Part shown: piece after piece, positions 1 to 7,492 of the stretch
Numbering within the stretch: the stretch's first letter is position 1
Layout of the letters: each line of letters starts with the position of its first letter
Origin: Synechococcus sp. A15-28
GTDB lineage: Bacteria; Cyanobacteriota; Cyanobacteriia; PCC-6307; Cyanobiaceae
Length of the DNA: 32,000 nt
Direction of reading: 5' to 3'
Assembly: GCF_014280175.1 (NCBI RefSeq)
Contig: NZ_CP047931.1
Coordinates: 750,001 to 782,000, forward strand
Notes under the pieces: model-generated
Database searches by the model: none
Told to the model about the DNA's origin: nothing
What the model saw: only the letters and a program-made list of their open reading frames with translations
Translations under genes and position numbers: made by a program

Positions 1-489
1 CAGCATCGGGTCGGGCGGCCAGCGGCGTGTGGCAGGTATTTCGCTTCGCAGCCAGACCGGCTCCAGCGGTGAGATCAATTCGATCCAGATCTGCTGCCCC
101 CCCTGCTGAATGCCTGCCGTCCCGCCGGAGGTTGCCGGCAGCAGCATCGGGCAGTGGGAGAGCCGTGAGCAGAGCTCCTGTCGCAACTCCCTCCGTCGGT
201 GATCATTGGGAAGCGCCTTCTGCTCCGATCCTGGGGGCTGTCCGGCGATGACCAGATCCAACCCTGTGAACTCCTTGATCAGAGACGGTGGGTAACGCTC
301 AAGGGTGAGCTCCGTCAGGCGGATGTTGAGTGCAAGATCCCGGCCCAGTTGCAAGGTCTGGAGTCGGTTCAGTTCCCGTCCGAACAGCAGCTGCATCAGC
401 ATGAGACAGAGCAACCAGCTGCCAAGCAGCACGGAGCTCCAGGCGCTGATCTGAAGCATCAGCGGTCTCAACGAGACAAAACGGGACAT
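1..489 (-). CDS. Sensor histidine kinase, N-terminal 163 codons (partial, runs off the window at position 1)
   Basis: This ORF is absent from the track because it is open-ended. My reverse-complement translation from the ATG at 489-487 (MSRFVSLRPLMLQISAWSSVLLGSWLLCLMLMQLLFGRELNRL...RRWPPDPML) has no stop through position 1. The ATG sits 1 nt after the TGA (493-491) of the upstream response regulator. Residues ~12-35 are hydrophobic and fit a first transmembrane helix. Kinase identity is inferred from the RR-HK operon layout only; no HisKA or HATPase motif lies inside the window. Confidence 0.6.
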   Translation of the reverse strand, partial: MSRFVSLRPLMLQISAWSSVLLGSWLLCLMLMQLLFGRELNRLQTLQLGRDLALNIRLTELTLERYPPSLIKEFTGLDLVIAGQPPGSEQKALPNDHRRRELRQELCSRLSHCPMLLPATSGGTAGIQQGGQQIWIELISPLEPVWLRSEIPATRRWPPDPML

Positions 490-490
490 C

Positions 491-1225
491 TCAGCGAGAG
501 CGGGGGGTTCCGTCCGGCACGAAGACGTAGCCATAGCCCCAGACCGTCTGGATGTAGCGGGGACGGGAGGGATCGGGTTCCACCAGCTTTCGAACTCTAG
601 ACACCTGCACATCCATGCTCCGGCTGTCGGTGTCACTGCCGGGGCCCCGGGCCAGCTCGATCAAACGCTCCCTGGACAGAGGCCGGTGGGGGTGCTGAAC
701 AAAGGCCGCCAGCAGGCTGAATTCACCGCTGGTGATCATTTCCGTGCTGCCGCCTTTCATCAACGTTCGGGCGGACAGGTCCAGGACGGTTTCGCCAAAA
801 CTCACCTGTTCTCCACCCTGAACAGGCGTTCCCGCTGTTACGGCCATGCGCCGCCGTAGCACCGCATCGATTCGCGCGGTCAGTTCCCGCGGCAGAAAGG
901 GCTTGCCCAGGTAGTCATCGGCGCCCTGCTCCAAGCCGATGATGCGATCCACCGCCTCCCCACGCGCCGTCAGCATCACCACGGGCAGGTCATCGCCGGC
1001 ATCCCGGAGTCGCCGCAGTGCCGTCAGGCCATCGTCGCCGGGGAGCATCACGTCCAGAACAAGGAGGTCCGGTCGCTGACATTCCAGACGCGCCTCCAAC
1101 TGCTTGACATCGCAAAGGCAGCGAACGTCGTACCCCTGATCGATCAGATAAGTCCCCACCATCTTGCGCAGCTCCGGGTCGTCATCCACCACCCAGACCA
1201 TCGACGTCTTTGACATGCGTGGCAT
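491..1225 (-). CDS. OmpR/PhoB-family two-component response regulator (receiver plus winged-helix DNA-binding domain)
   Basis: 244-aa ORF. Receiver motifs are VWVVDDDPELR, DLLVLDVMLPGDDG and GADDYLGKPF. The C-terminal winged-helix ending is YIQTVWGYGYVF. It aligns closely with E. coli OmpR from memory. Alternative ATG starts lie at 1216 and 1201. Confidence 0.93.
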   Translation of the reverse strand: MPRMSKTSMVWVVDDDPELRKMVGTYLIDQGYDVRCLCDVKQLEARLECQRPDLLVLDVMLPGDDGLTALRRLRDAGDDLPVVMLTARGEAVDRIIGLEQGADDYLGKPFLPRELTARIDAVLRRRMAVTAGTPVQGGEQVSFGETVLDLSARTLMKGGSTEMITSGEFSLLAAFVQHPHRPLSRERLIELARGPGSDTDSRSMDVQVSRVRKLVEPDPSRPRYIQTVWGYGYVFVPDGTPRSR

Positions 1226-1305
1226 CGTCTCTCTGAACGGTATGAATCCCTCTTGGTTGTGTCTTGCTCCAGGCGTATCCAGTCACAGCTTCAAGGGCGA
1301 TAGAC

Positions 1306-1809
1306 ATGCCTGAGTCATCGGCAACGTCTCCAAAGCTTCATAGGCTGAGATCCATGAAGCTCCCTGTTCTCATCGCTGGTGCAGCGTTGAATCTGTTGCT
1401 GGTCCCTGGGGTGGCCTGGCCCGACCAGGGGGCGATGCGGGCTTACAACCAGCGTATGGAGTCGTTGTTTCTGCGGCTGGATTCCAATGGCAACGGCAGG
1501 CTTGAGCGTCAGGAGCTGGATGGCCGTCCAGCCCTGCAGCGCCAGCTGAAACGTAAGGCGGGACGACATTTTTTGCTGCTGGAGGACGTACGAACCCGGC
1601 GGGGCACCGTGCGTGGACAACGGCTGACGCATCGCTTTCGAAAAGCGGATCTCAATTCAGATCGTCGGCTCAACCTTCAGGAGGCCTCACGTCTGCCCTG
1701 GGTTGAACGCCACTTCAACGGACTGGATCGCAACCGCGACGCCCATGTGACCCTGGAGGAACTCTGGGACCTGCAGCGAGCCCTCGCTCCCCGTCAACGT
1801 CGTCCCTGA
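1306..1809 (+). CDS. Secreted/periplasmic EF-hand calcium-binding protein (three canonical EF loops)
   Basis: There are three 12-residue loops matching D-x-[DN]-x-[DN]-x-x-[LV]-x-x-x-E: DSNGNGRLERQE (starts at nt 1480), DLNSDRRLNLQE and DRNRDAHVTLEE. The signal-peptide-like segment is MKLPVLIAGAALNLLLVPGVAWP. The track start at 1264 is TTG. ATG candidates are 1306 and 1354; 1354 gives the cleanest signal peptide. Confidence 0.8.
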   Translation: MPESSATSPKLHRLRSMKLPVLIAGAALNLLLVPGVAWPDQGAMRAYNQRMESLFLRLDSNGNGRLERQELDGRPALQRQLKRKAGRHFLLLEDVRTRRGTVRGQRLTHRFRKADLNSDRRLNLQEASRLPWVERHFNGLDRNRDAHVTLEELWDLQRALAPRQRRP

Positions 1810-2165
1810 TGCGGAGGAGGAAAGAACAGCAATTTCAGAAGTCTGAGCATTCGCCAGAGGCCAGCGATCATCAGCACCCCGGCGAGCATCACCAAAGCGG
1901 CGATGAGCACGACTCCCCCGAGCCCCAACATGGCGCTGAGCAGGAGTTGGATGCCACTGATCAGGTCAGAGATCGCTTCGCTGACCAGCAGCATCAGGTC
2001 CACTTGCTCGGGCCATCGCTGCAGCAGAACAACGATTCCGATGCCGCCAGCGAGCAACAGCAAGATCACAATCAGCTGTCGAATCACCATCCCCACAGGA
2101 AGACGGCGTTTTCGACGGAACACGCTTCGCTGACTGCGTTGGGGAGGACGGCTGAGTTTGGTCAT
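1794..2165 (-). CDS. Hypothetical small membrane protein (Arg-rich N-terminus, 2-3 predicted TM helices)
   Basis: 123-aa ORF with N-terminus RSQRSVFRRKRRLP followed by hydrophobic runs (IVILLLLAGGIGIVVLL, LGLGGVVLIAALVMLAGVLMIAGLW). Its ATG (2165-2163) overlaps the TGA (2164-2162) of the upstream gene as ATGA. The opposite-strand ORF 1809..2180 is Q/H/D/E-rich and looks like its shadow. Confidence 0.65.
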   Translation of the reverse strand: MTKLSRPPQRSQRSVFRRKRRLPVGMVIRQLIVILLLLAGGIGIVVLLQRWPEQVDLMLLVSEAISDLISGIQLLLSAMLGLGGVVLIAALVMLAGVLMIAGLWRMLRLLKLLFFPPPHQGRR

Positions 2166-2458
2166 GGAACAAGGGTGTAACCAGCACCCCTCATCCAGCG
2201 CTCGAACTCGACCAGCACCAACTCATTCGGACAGTCAATCAAGGTGAGATTGCCAACGGTGCAGTCTCCATAGCCGCTGTGGTGAAGGGTGATGTGATAG
2301 CCCGAACCACTCAGACCGCAGACTTCTGGATCACTGCGAACCACCACGTCGAGGGAAGCTCCGATGCGGGCGACACGTCGCCTCAAGTCGGACCAGCTGG
2401 CGCCCATATCCCGGTTCAGATCACTTCGTATCGTTGACGATTCTGGACCCTGTTTCAT
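2162..2458 (-). CDS. Small hypothetical protein (Cys/His-containing), third gene of a four-gene operon
   Basis: 98-aa ORF starting at the ATG at 2458, which overlaps the upstream gene by 38 nt. An alternative ATG at 2407 (MGASWSDL..., 81 aa) lies 13 nt after the upstream stop. It contains CGLSGSGYHITLHHSGYGDCTVGNLTLIDC. I recognise no family. It is stop/start coupled to the downstream gene. Confidence 0.55.
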   Translation of the reverse strand: MKQGPESSTIRSDLNRDMGASWSDLRRRVARIGASLDVVVRSDPEVCGLSGSGYHITLHHSGYGDCTVGNLTLIDCPNELVLVEFERWMRGAGYTLVP

Positions 2459-3038
2459 TCACGTCAACGCTGTTGGTTGTTCCTGGCCGTGGCGGCAGCG
2501 GCAGGAACAGGGCGAGGGCGGCGGACAGGCTCAGCACCAGGCCCCCAAGGGCAGCCGGCCCCAATCGACGTTGAAGAGGGATCCGCTCCACCAGCTCGCG
2601 GCGTGCCAGCGGTTGATCTTCTGGAAAGGTCCATTGCAGTTTGACCTTTTCATCGAGTCGTAGTCGATCAAGACAGCGCACCAGATCAGCTAGATCCGCA
2701 TCATCCAGGAGAAGTTGCAGGGGCTGGACCCCCTCGCGACTGCTGCGCAGCTGAAGCTGGTGTTTGCCGTTCACAGCCTCAATGCCGACAAAGCTCTGTT
2801 CGGCGCCGAATCGACCACCCACGCCGGAGAGCTGGTGTCGGGCATAGGGCATCACCGCAGCCATCATTGCTTCAAGGTGGTCGCGGGTGCCCTCGAGCTC
2901 CGGCGCACCCACCAGTTGAAGCTTCCAGGCCGAGAGGATGCCGATGGTGTCACCGTCCTGTCCAGCGGATAGATCCGGATACCCCTCCACCACGAGGCGA
3001 GCTGCTGTCTGTTCGTAACGGTGAACGGTTTTGAGCAT
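2421..3038 (-). CDS. Conserved cyanobacterial hypothetical protein (DUF4335-like from memory), C-terminal TM anchor
   Basis: 205-aa ORF with an ATG at 3038, 6 nt after the stop of the upstream gene. A soluble N-terminal domain is followed by the hydrophobic segment LGPAALGGLVLSLSAALALFLPLP. The DUF assignment is recollection only. Confidence 0.7.
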   Translation of the reverse strand: MLKTVHRYEQTAARLVVEGYPDLSAGQDGDTIGILSAWKLQLVGAPELEGTRDHLEAMMAAVMPYARHQLSGVGGRFGAEQSFVGIEAVNGKHQLQLRSSREGVQPLQLLLDDADLADLVRCLDRLRLDEKVKLQWTFPEDQPLARRELVERIPLQRRLGPAALGGLVLSLSAALALFLPLPPRPGTTNSVDVNETGSRIVNDTK

Positions 3039-3044
3039 GGCTGT

Positions 3045-3581
3045 TCAGGGGGTGGGATCCAACAGGAAGGCCCGAAGCCGGTCGACGCCGCCATGTCCGG
3101 CCACCAGGGCCAGGGTGCTGACCAGACGATGATGGGTTGGTGCATTGCTCGCTGGATCGAGCAGACGCATGACGGCACCGCGTCGGAGATTCATGCGCTC
3201 CTCGATCAGATCACCGAGTCGTTCCCGCAGGAGCTCCCATCGTTGTCGGGTCAACTGCTCAGGCTCCCGTGACGACAGAAGCTGATGCAGCATCGGATAG
3301 AGCCTTTCGGCCATGGCGCAGACCAGGGCGATCAGTGATTCCGCATCAGCGGGATCAAGCTGATCACGGCGGGTGATGCGCCGAAGGGGGTTATGGCAAC
3401 GACGCTTCCAAAGCTCGACGCGATTGGGGAATTGCGCTTGAAGCCCCAGCTGATAACTGGTCCACAGCATTGCCTCACCCCCATTCAGGTCGAGGGCCTC
3501 GGCGGTGAGGAGCAGAAGATCGAGTCGTTCAACGCCCCGTCGGCTGAGGCGCACACCACTCTGGGTTGGAGCTTCGGTCAT
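3045..3581 (-). CDS. Conserved cyanobacterial hypothetical protein (DUF3038-like from memory)
   Basis: 178-aa ORF with an ATG at 3581-3579. It is helical and Arg/Leu-rich. It is the first gene of the 3581->1794 minus-strand cluster. The DUF assignment is recollection only. Confidence 0.7.
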   Translation of the reverse strand: MTEAPTQSGVRLSRRGVERLDLLLLTAEALDLNGGEAMLWTSYQLGLQAQFPNRVELWKRRCHNPLRRITRRDQLDPADAESLIALVCAMAERLYPMLHQLLSSREPEQLTRQRWELLRERLGDLIEERMNLRRGAVMRLLDPASNAPTHHRLVSTLALVAGHGGVDRLRAFLLDPTP

Positions 3582-4143
3582 GGCTGCGATGATGCCAGGG
3601 GTTGAGCCCTTTCGTCAGCAGTCCTTGGATTTACAGACCACCATCCGGTCGATTCCGGACTTCCCCAAGCCGGGAATCCTGTTTCGGGACATCAGCCCCA
3701 TGCTGCGAAATCCCGCCGCGATGAATGAGGTGATGCGGCGTCTTGGCCAGGTCTGCGATGCGGTGCAGCCGGATCTCATTGTGGGCATTGAATCCAGAGG
3801 CTTCATCGTTGGCACGCCGCTGGCTCTGCAGCGTTCCCTCGGATTTGTTCCCGTACGCAAACCAGGAAAACTTCCCGGAGCTGTGATCGGGGTGGATTAC
3901 GCCCTGGAATACGGAAGCGATCGACTGGAAATTCAGAGCGATGCCCTCAGCGGCAAGCCGCGGGTGCTGGTTGTGGACGACCTCCTCGCCACCGGTGGAA
4001 CGGCAGCAGCGACTGGGACGTTGGTCCGCGATGCGGGCGGACAGCTGGTGGGGTTTGCCTTCGTCATCGAATTGGAGGCTCTTGGAGGGCGTTCTGCCCT
4101 TCCCGATGACGTCCCCGTGGAATCGTTAATCCGTTATCCCTGA
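3580..4143 (+). CDS. apt: Adenine phosphoribosyltransferase
   Basis: Motifs are [18 protein letters not shown] and the PRPP-binding [14 protein letters not shown]. The track ORF (3505) is over-extended. ATG candidates are 3580, 3589 and 3592; the Apt core begins shortly after them. Confidence 0.92.
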   Translation: MAAMMPGVEPFRQQSLDLQTTIRSIPDFPKPGILFRDISPMLRNPAAMNEVMRRLGQVCDAVQPDLIVGIESRGFIVGTPLALQRSLGFVPVRKPGKLPGAVIGVDYALEYGSDRLEIQSDALSGKPRVLVVDDLLATGGTAAATGTLVRDAGGQLVGFAFVIELEALGGRSALPDDVPVESLIRYP

Positions 4144-4346
4144 TTGTCCTGCCAGTCGAGGACCTGCTGAAGCTGTTCAAGGCTGAGCAAACCGAAGCTC
4201 CAGAGCACGATGGGCAGGGGTGCCTGTTCAAGTTCTGCTTGTCTCAGTCCAAGGTTGAGGGCATTGCCGCTCAACCCAAGCCGCCCCAGAAGAAAATCCT
4301 GAAGTTGCTTCGAGGCGACGGGTTGTGGATGACTGCTGATCACCAT
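4134..4346 (-). CDS. Small conserved cyanobacterial protein (DUF2949-like from memory)
   Basis: ~70-aa ORF ending ...[27 protein letters not shown]. The track start at 4355 is GTG. The ATG at 4346 has an AAGGGAG Shine-Dalgarno-like motif 8 nt upstream, so I prefer it. Confidence 0.65.
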   Translation of the reverse strand: MVISSHPQPVASKQLQDFLLGRLGLSGNALNLGLRQAELEQAPLPIVLWSFGLLSLEQLQQVLDWQDNQG

Positions 4347-4366
4347 GGCCGGCACTCCCTTTCAGT

Positions 4367-5512
4367 TCAGTCTGGCCACGAGCTGAAGAATTGGGTGGGG
4401 CCGTCGCTCATGGCACGCAGGCTGATGCTGCGAAGCCAGCCGATCCTGGCCATGGCTTCAAGGCCCACCCGTCGGATGGGGAGCAGCCAGAGTTGTCGAT
4501 TGGAGAACGACCTCACCAAAAGATCGGTGGCAAGACCCACCATCAACAGATCTGGCCAGCGCCTGCGCCCGTAGCGACGGGCAAGCCCCTGAGGGGTTCC
4601 ACCCCGTTCAGCCAGGTTCATGAGTGTCGCCACATCGCGCCAGCAGAGGTTCAGCCCCTGCCCGCCGACCGGATGGCAGCGATGGCCTGCTTCGCCCAGC
4701 AGGACCCCGCGACCGCGGCTCAGACGTTTGGCCAGCAACCACTGCTGAGGAAAGGCTCGGGGACTGTCGAGCAGCAGATCCGGTTCGATTCCCCCAGGAA
4801 GCACGGTGGCCAGCTCGTCGAGAAAATCCGGCGTGGAGAGATCAGCGCGACGCTGGCAGCGGCTCCAGGGGGCGCTCCAAACCACCTGGAAGATGCCATC
4901 ACCAAGGGGCAGGATCGCCAGGGGTCCCTCGGGTCGAAATAATTCATAAGCCATGCCGGGCGACACACCTCTGAGGGCGACCTTTGAGGTGAGACATCCC
5001 TGGCGATAACGGTGCTGCAAGCAACGAATCCCCCACTGGGACCTCGTTGTGGATCGGGGACCATCAGCCGCCACGATCAGTGCATCCGGTTCAGGCTGGG
5101 GAGCTGCAGAGCCAAGAACCATCTCAACGCTGTGATGGTCCTGAAGACGATCCAGAAGAAGCTCCATCAAGGGGCGATGGTCGAGGATCCAGCCAATGGC
5201 CTCAGCTCGACGATTGGAAGGATGGAGGTCGTCCAGGTCGAACATCACGCGTCCGCCGCTCGCTGAATCGCGCAGATCGAGAGAACGGAAGGGAATCAAG
5301 CTCTCTTGAAGGCCGTCCCAGACCTTCAGGTCCCGCAACAGGCGGCGACTGGAATGAGTGATTGCGTAGGCACGACTGCGACCCAGCAGCTCCTCACGTG
5401 ATTGAGGATCGTTGAGAACAACGCGATAACCCTTCGAGGCCAGGGCAATCGCCGCAAGGGAACCGGTCGGACCGGCTCCCAGGATGTGGACGGAACTGGA
5501 GAACGTGGCCAT
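4367..5512 (-). CDS. FAD-dependent monooxygenase, UbiH/UbiF/Coq6 family (probable prenylquinone hydroxylase)
   Basis: 381-aa ORF with the N-terminal Rossmann motif ILGAGPTGSLAAIALASKGYRVVLND and a conserved GEAGHRCHPVGGQGLNL segment typical of this family. Confidence 0.88.
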   Translation of the reverse strand: MATFSSSVHILGAGPTGSLAAIALASKGYRVVLNDPQSREELLGRSRAYAITHSSRRLLRDLKVWDGLQESLIPFRSLDLRDSASGGRVMFDLDDLHPSNRRAEAIGWILDHRPLMELLLDRLQDHHSVEMVLGSAAPQPEPDALIVAADGPRSTTRSQWGIRCLQHRYRQGCLTSKVALRGVSPGMAYELFRPEGPLAILPLGDGIFQVVWSAPWSRCQRRADLSTPDFLDELATVLPGGIEPDLLLDSPRAFPQQWLLAKRLSRGRGVLLGEAGHRCHPVGGQGLNLCWRDVATLMNLAERGGTPQGLARRYGRRRWPDLLMVGLATDLLVRSFSNRQLWLLPIRRVGLEAMARIGWLRSISLRAMSDGPTQFFSSWPD

Positions 5513-5549
5513 TCAATGAGTGTGGCCAGGCAGAAGCTGTGGTGTGGAT

Positions 5550-5804
5550 TCAGCCCAGACCCAGCAGACCGTGGGTGAAGGCTTCTCCACCCAGGGCGAT
5601 TTCGGTGGCCAGCAGTGCGATGAAGCCCAGCATGGCCATGCGGCCGTTGAGCTTTTCAGCACGCTCGTGGAAACCCCAACCCTGCTCGGCTTCCACCACC
5701 TGCATGCGGGGCTCGGAGGCGAAAGCGTTCAGACGACCACCATCTTCAGTGGTGACAGTGGCACCGCGGATTACCTGGGGTTCGGTGGAAGGGGTCTGAG
5801 CCAT
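5550..5804 (-). CDS. hli: High-light-inducible protein (HLIP, one-helix CAB-like protein)
   Basis: 84-aa ORF carrying the chlorophyll-binding helix motif [22 protein letters not shown]. The N-terminal extension [15 protein letters not shown] is typical of longer picocyanobacterial HLIPs. Confidence 0.92.
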   Translation of the reverse strand: MAQTPSTEPQVIRGATVTTEDGGRLNAFASEPRMQVVEAEQGWGFHERAEKLNGRMAMLGFIALLATEIALGGEAFTHGLLGLG

Positions 5805-5819
5805 GACTTTGTCAAGCGG

Positions 5820-5837
5820 ATTGCTACAGAGTGTAAA
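5820..5837 (-). promoter_or_regulatory. HLR1-like direct repeat (candidate RpaB site) upstream of hli
   Basis: The minus strand reads TTTACACT-CT-GTAGCAAT, against the HLR1 consensus (G/T)TTACA(T/A)(T/A)-N2-(G/T)TTACA(T/A)(T/A). About 13 of 16 positions match, and the TTACA and TAGCA cores are 10 bp apart. The site lies only 16-33 nt upstream of the hli ATG. Confidence 0.3.
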
Positions 5838-5872
5838 CCAGTTTTAAGAAATGTTCTTGCCGCTGGTCTGTG

Positions 5873-6529
5873 TCAGCCCCTCCGCCCGAGACGTCGCTGG
5901 CACAGTTCCTCGAAAGCAGGGCGCAGCAGAAACGGGTACTCGCCGGCCCACATCCGCAACCCCGGCATCCAGGCATCGCTGAAGGCGCTGATCCGGGAAA
6001 AGTCCTTGCGGTCACTGAGAACCAGGCAGCGAATCAGCGTTCCCCGCCGAATCGACTGATGTCGTTTTTCCTTGGGGAAAGCCAGACGCCCCAGGTAACC
6101 GTCCTCGTCTTCGAGCTCCAGCAGCACCCAGCTGCGTCGGTTCTCCACCAGCTCCAGCTGTCCACGACTGTCGGCCTGCTCGTGACGACCTTCAACACGT
6201 TCACGGGTGCTCACATCCGTCACCTCGCCTTCGAACAGAGCTGCCGCTGGGTAGCGGCGCAGTGCGGCGTTGCGCTGGCCGGCCTCAACGATGGGTCCCC
6301 ACAGGATGTAGAGAAAAAACGCCACGCTGATCACCAGCCAGATGGGGCCCCAGCGGCTGCCGAGCTGAGCCTGGTTGTAAATCAGAAATGTGATCACTCC
6401 ACCGATGGCCGCGATCATCAATCGCTGCAGGATCTGTGGTGGTGATCCGAGAGAGGCTCGAAACTGATTGCCGGTGGCCACAGCTGGAATCAACCGCTGA
6501 AGCTCTCCGGGTTTGAGGGGGATCAGCAT
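5873..6529 (-). CDS. Conserved hypothetical membrane protein (two N-terminal TM helices, soluble C-terminal domain)
   Basis: 218-aa ORF with an ATG at 6529, 12 nt after the dapB stop. Hydrophobic segments are MIAAIGGVITFLIY and IWLVISVAFFLYILWGPIV. I cannot name the family with confidence. Confidence 0.7.
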   Translation of the reverse strand: MLIPLKPGELQRLIPAVATGNQFRASLGSPPQILQRLMIAAIGGVITFLIYNQAQLGSRWGPIWLVISVAFFLYILWGPIVEAGQRNAALRRYPAAALFEGEVTDVSTRERVEGRHEQADSRGQLELVENRRSWVLLELEDEDGYLGRLAFPKEKRHQSIRRGTLIRCLVLSDRKDFSRISAFSDAWMPGLRMWAGEYPFLLRPAFEELCQRRLGRRG

Positions 6530-6541
6530 GAAGAGGAGCGG

Positions 6542-7375
6542 TCAGATCAGGCGTTCAAGGCCGTAAACCAAGGCCTCGAGTGAACGCACCTTGCGCACCG
6601 TGAGCAGCACACCCGGCATGTAAGCGGAACGATCAATTGTGTCGTGGCGCAGGGTGTAAGTCTCACCCGCTGCACCGAACATCACCCTCTGGTGAGCCAC
6701 AAGGCCAGGTAACCGCAGGGAATGCAGCCGCAGCCCGCTCTCGCGACGACCGCCTCGGGATCCCTCCAGGGATTCATGTTCATCCACTTCAGAAGGATTG
6801 AAGCTCTTGCCGAGTTCCTCCATCAGTTCAGCGGTTTTGATGCAGGTGCCACTGGGTGCATCGGCTTTGCGGTTGTGATGCAGTTCGGTGAGCTCTGCAT
6901 GGTCGTAAAAGCGTGCTGCTGCAGCTGCTGCCTGCTGCAGCAGCACCATGCCCACGGAAAAGTTCGGAATCACGGCGCCGCCGATCGATGCCTTGGCAGA
7001 GAACTGGGTCAGATCACTGAGCTGTTCCGGGGAGAGGCCTGTGGTGCCGATCACCGGATGCACGCCGTAGGCGATGGCCGCCCGGGTGTGCTCGTAAACA
7101 ACAGATGGATGTGTGAAATCCACCAGCACCGCGCCGGCTTGCGCATCCCTTGCCGACTGGCTCACCGCGCAGAGGCAGCCTTCGAAATCGGCCGTGATCG
7201 CCACCTCCAGCTCCCCCAGACCCAGCTCGAGTCCGACATCACATCCCTCTTTGCCCGGGGTGTTGTCAACGGCCCCAACCAGGGTGCAGTCCGTGGCACC
7301 GACCACGGCCTTGATCACTTCGGCGCCCATGCGGCCGAGGGCACCAGCCACCACAACGGGAATGGATGTGGTCAT
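6542..7375 (-). CDS. dapB: 4-hydroxy-tetrahydrodipicolinate reductase
   Basis: N-terminal NAD(P)-binding segment [14 protein letters not shown] and the DapB signature [15 protein letters not shown] trimmed from the track start at 7552 to the ATG at 7375 ([11 protein letters not shown]...), giving 277 aa, a normal DapB length. Confidence 0.93.
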   Translation of the reverse strand: MTTSIPVVVAGALGRMGAEVIKAVVGATDCTLVGAVDNTPGKEGCDVGLELGLGELEVAITADFEGCLCAVSQSARDAQAGAVLVDFTHPSVVYEHTRAAIAYGVHPVIGTTGLSPEQLSDLTQFSAKASIGGAVIPNFSVGMVLLQQAAAAAARFYDHAELTELHHNRKADAPSGTCIKTAELMEELGKSFNPSEVDEHESLEGSRGGRRESGLRLHSLRLPGLVAHQRVMFGAAGETYTLRHDTIDRSAYMPGVLLTVRKVRSLEALVYGLERLI

Positions 7376-7492
7376 CGAAGCGCTGCAGATCCCCCAAAGC
7401 CTATGGGTCGGCTCGTGTAACTCCAGTTCTGAAATCTTCGCGCCGTCGCGGCAGGTCGCCGTAAGGTTCTTCACATTGCTCAAGACGCGCAG

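Noticed and set aside
7461-7474. NtcA-like GT-N10-AC site (GTAAGGTTCTTCAC) upstream of chlH.
   Set aside because: It has the minimal GT-N10-AC frame but CAC in place of the consensus TAC. It lies only ~19 nt from the ATG, which does not fit the -41.5 activator position. Such a loose motif is expected by chance.
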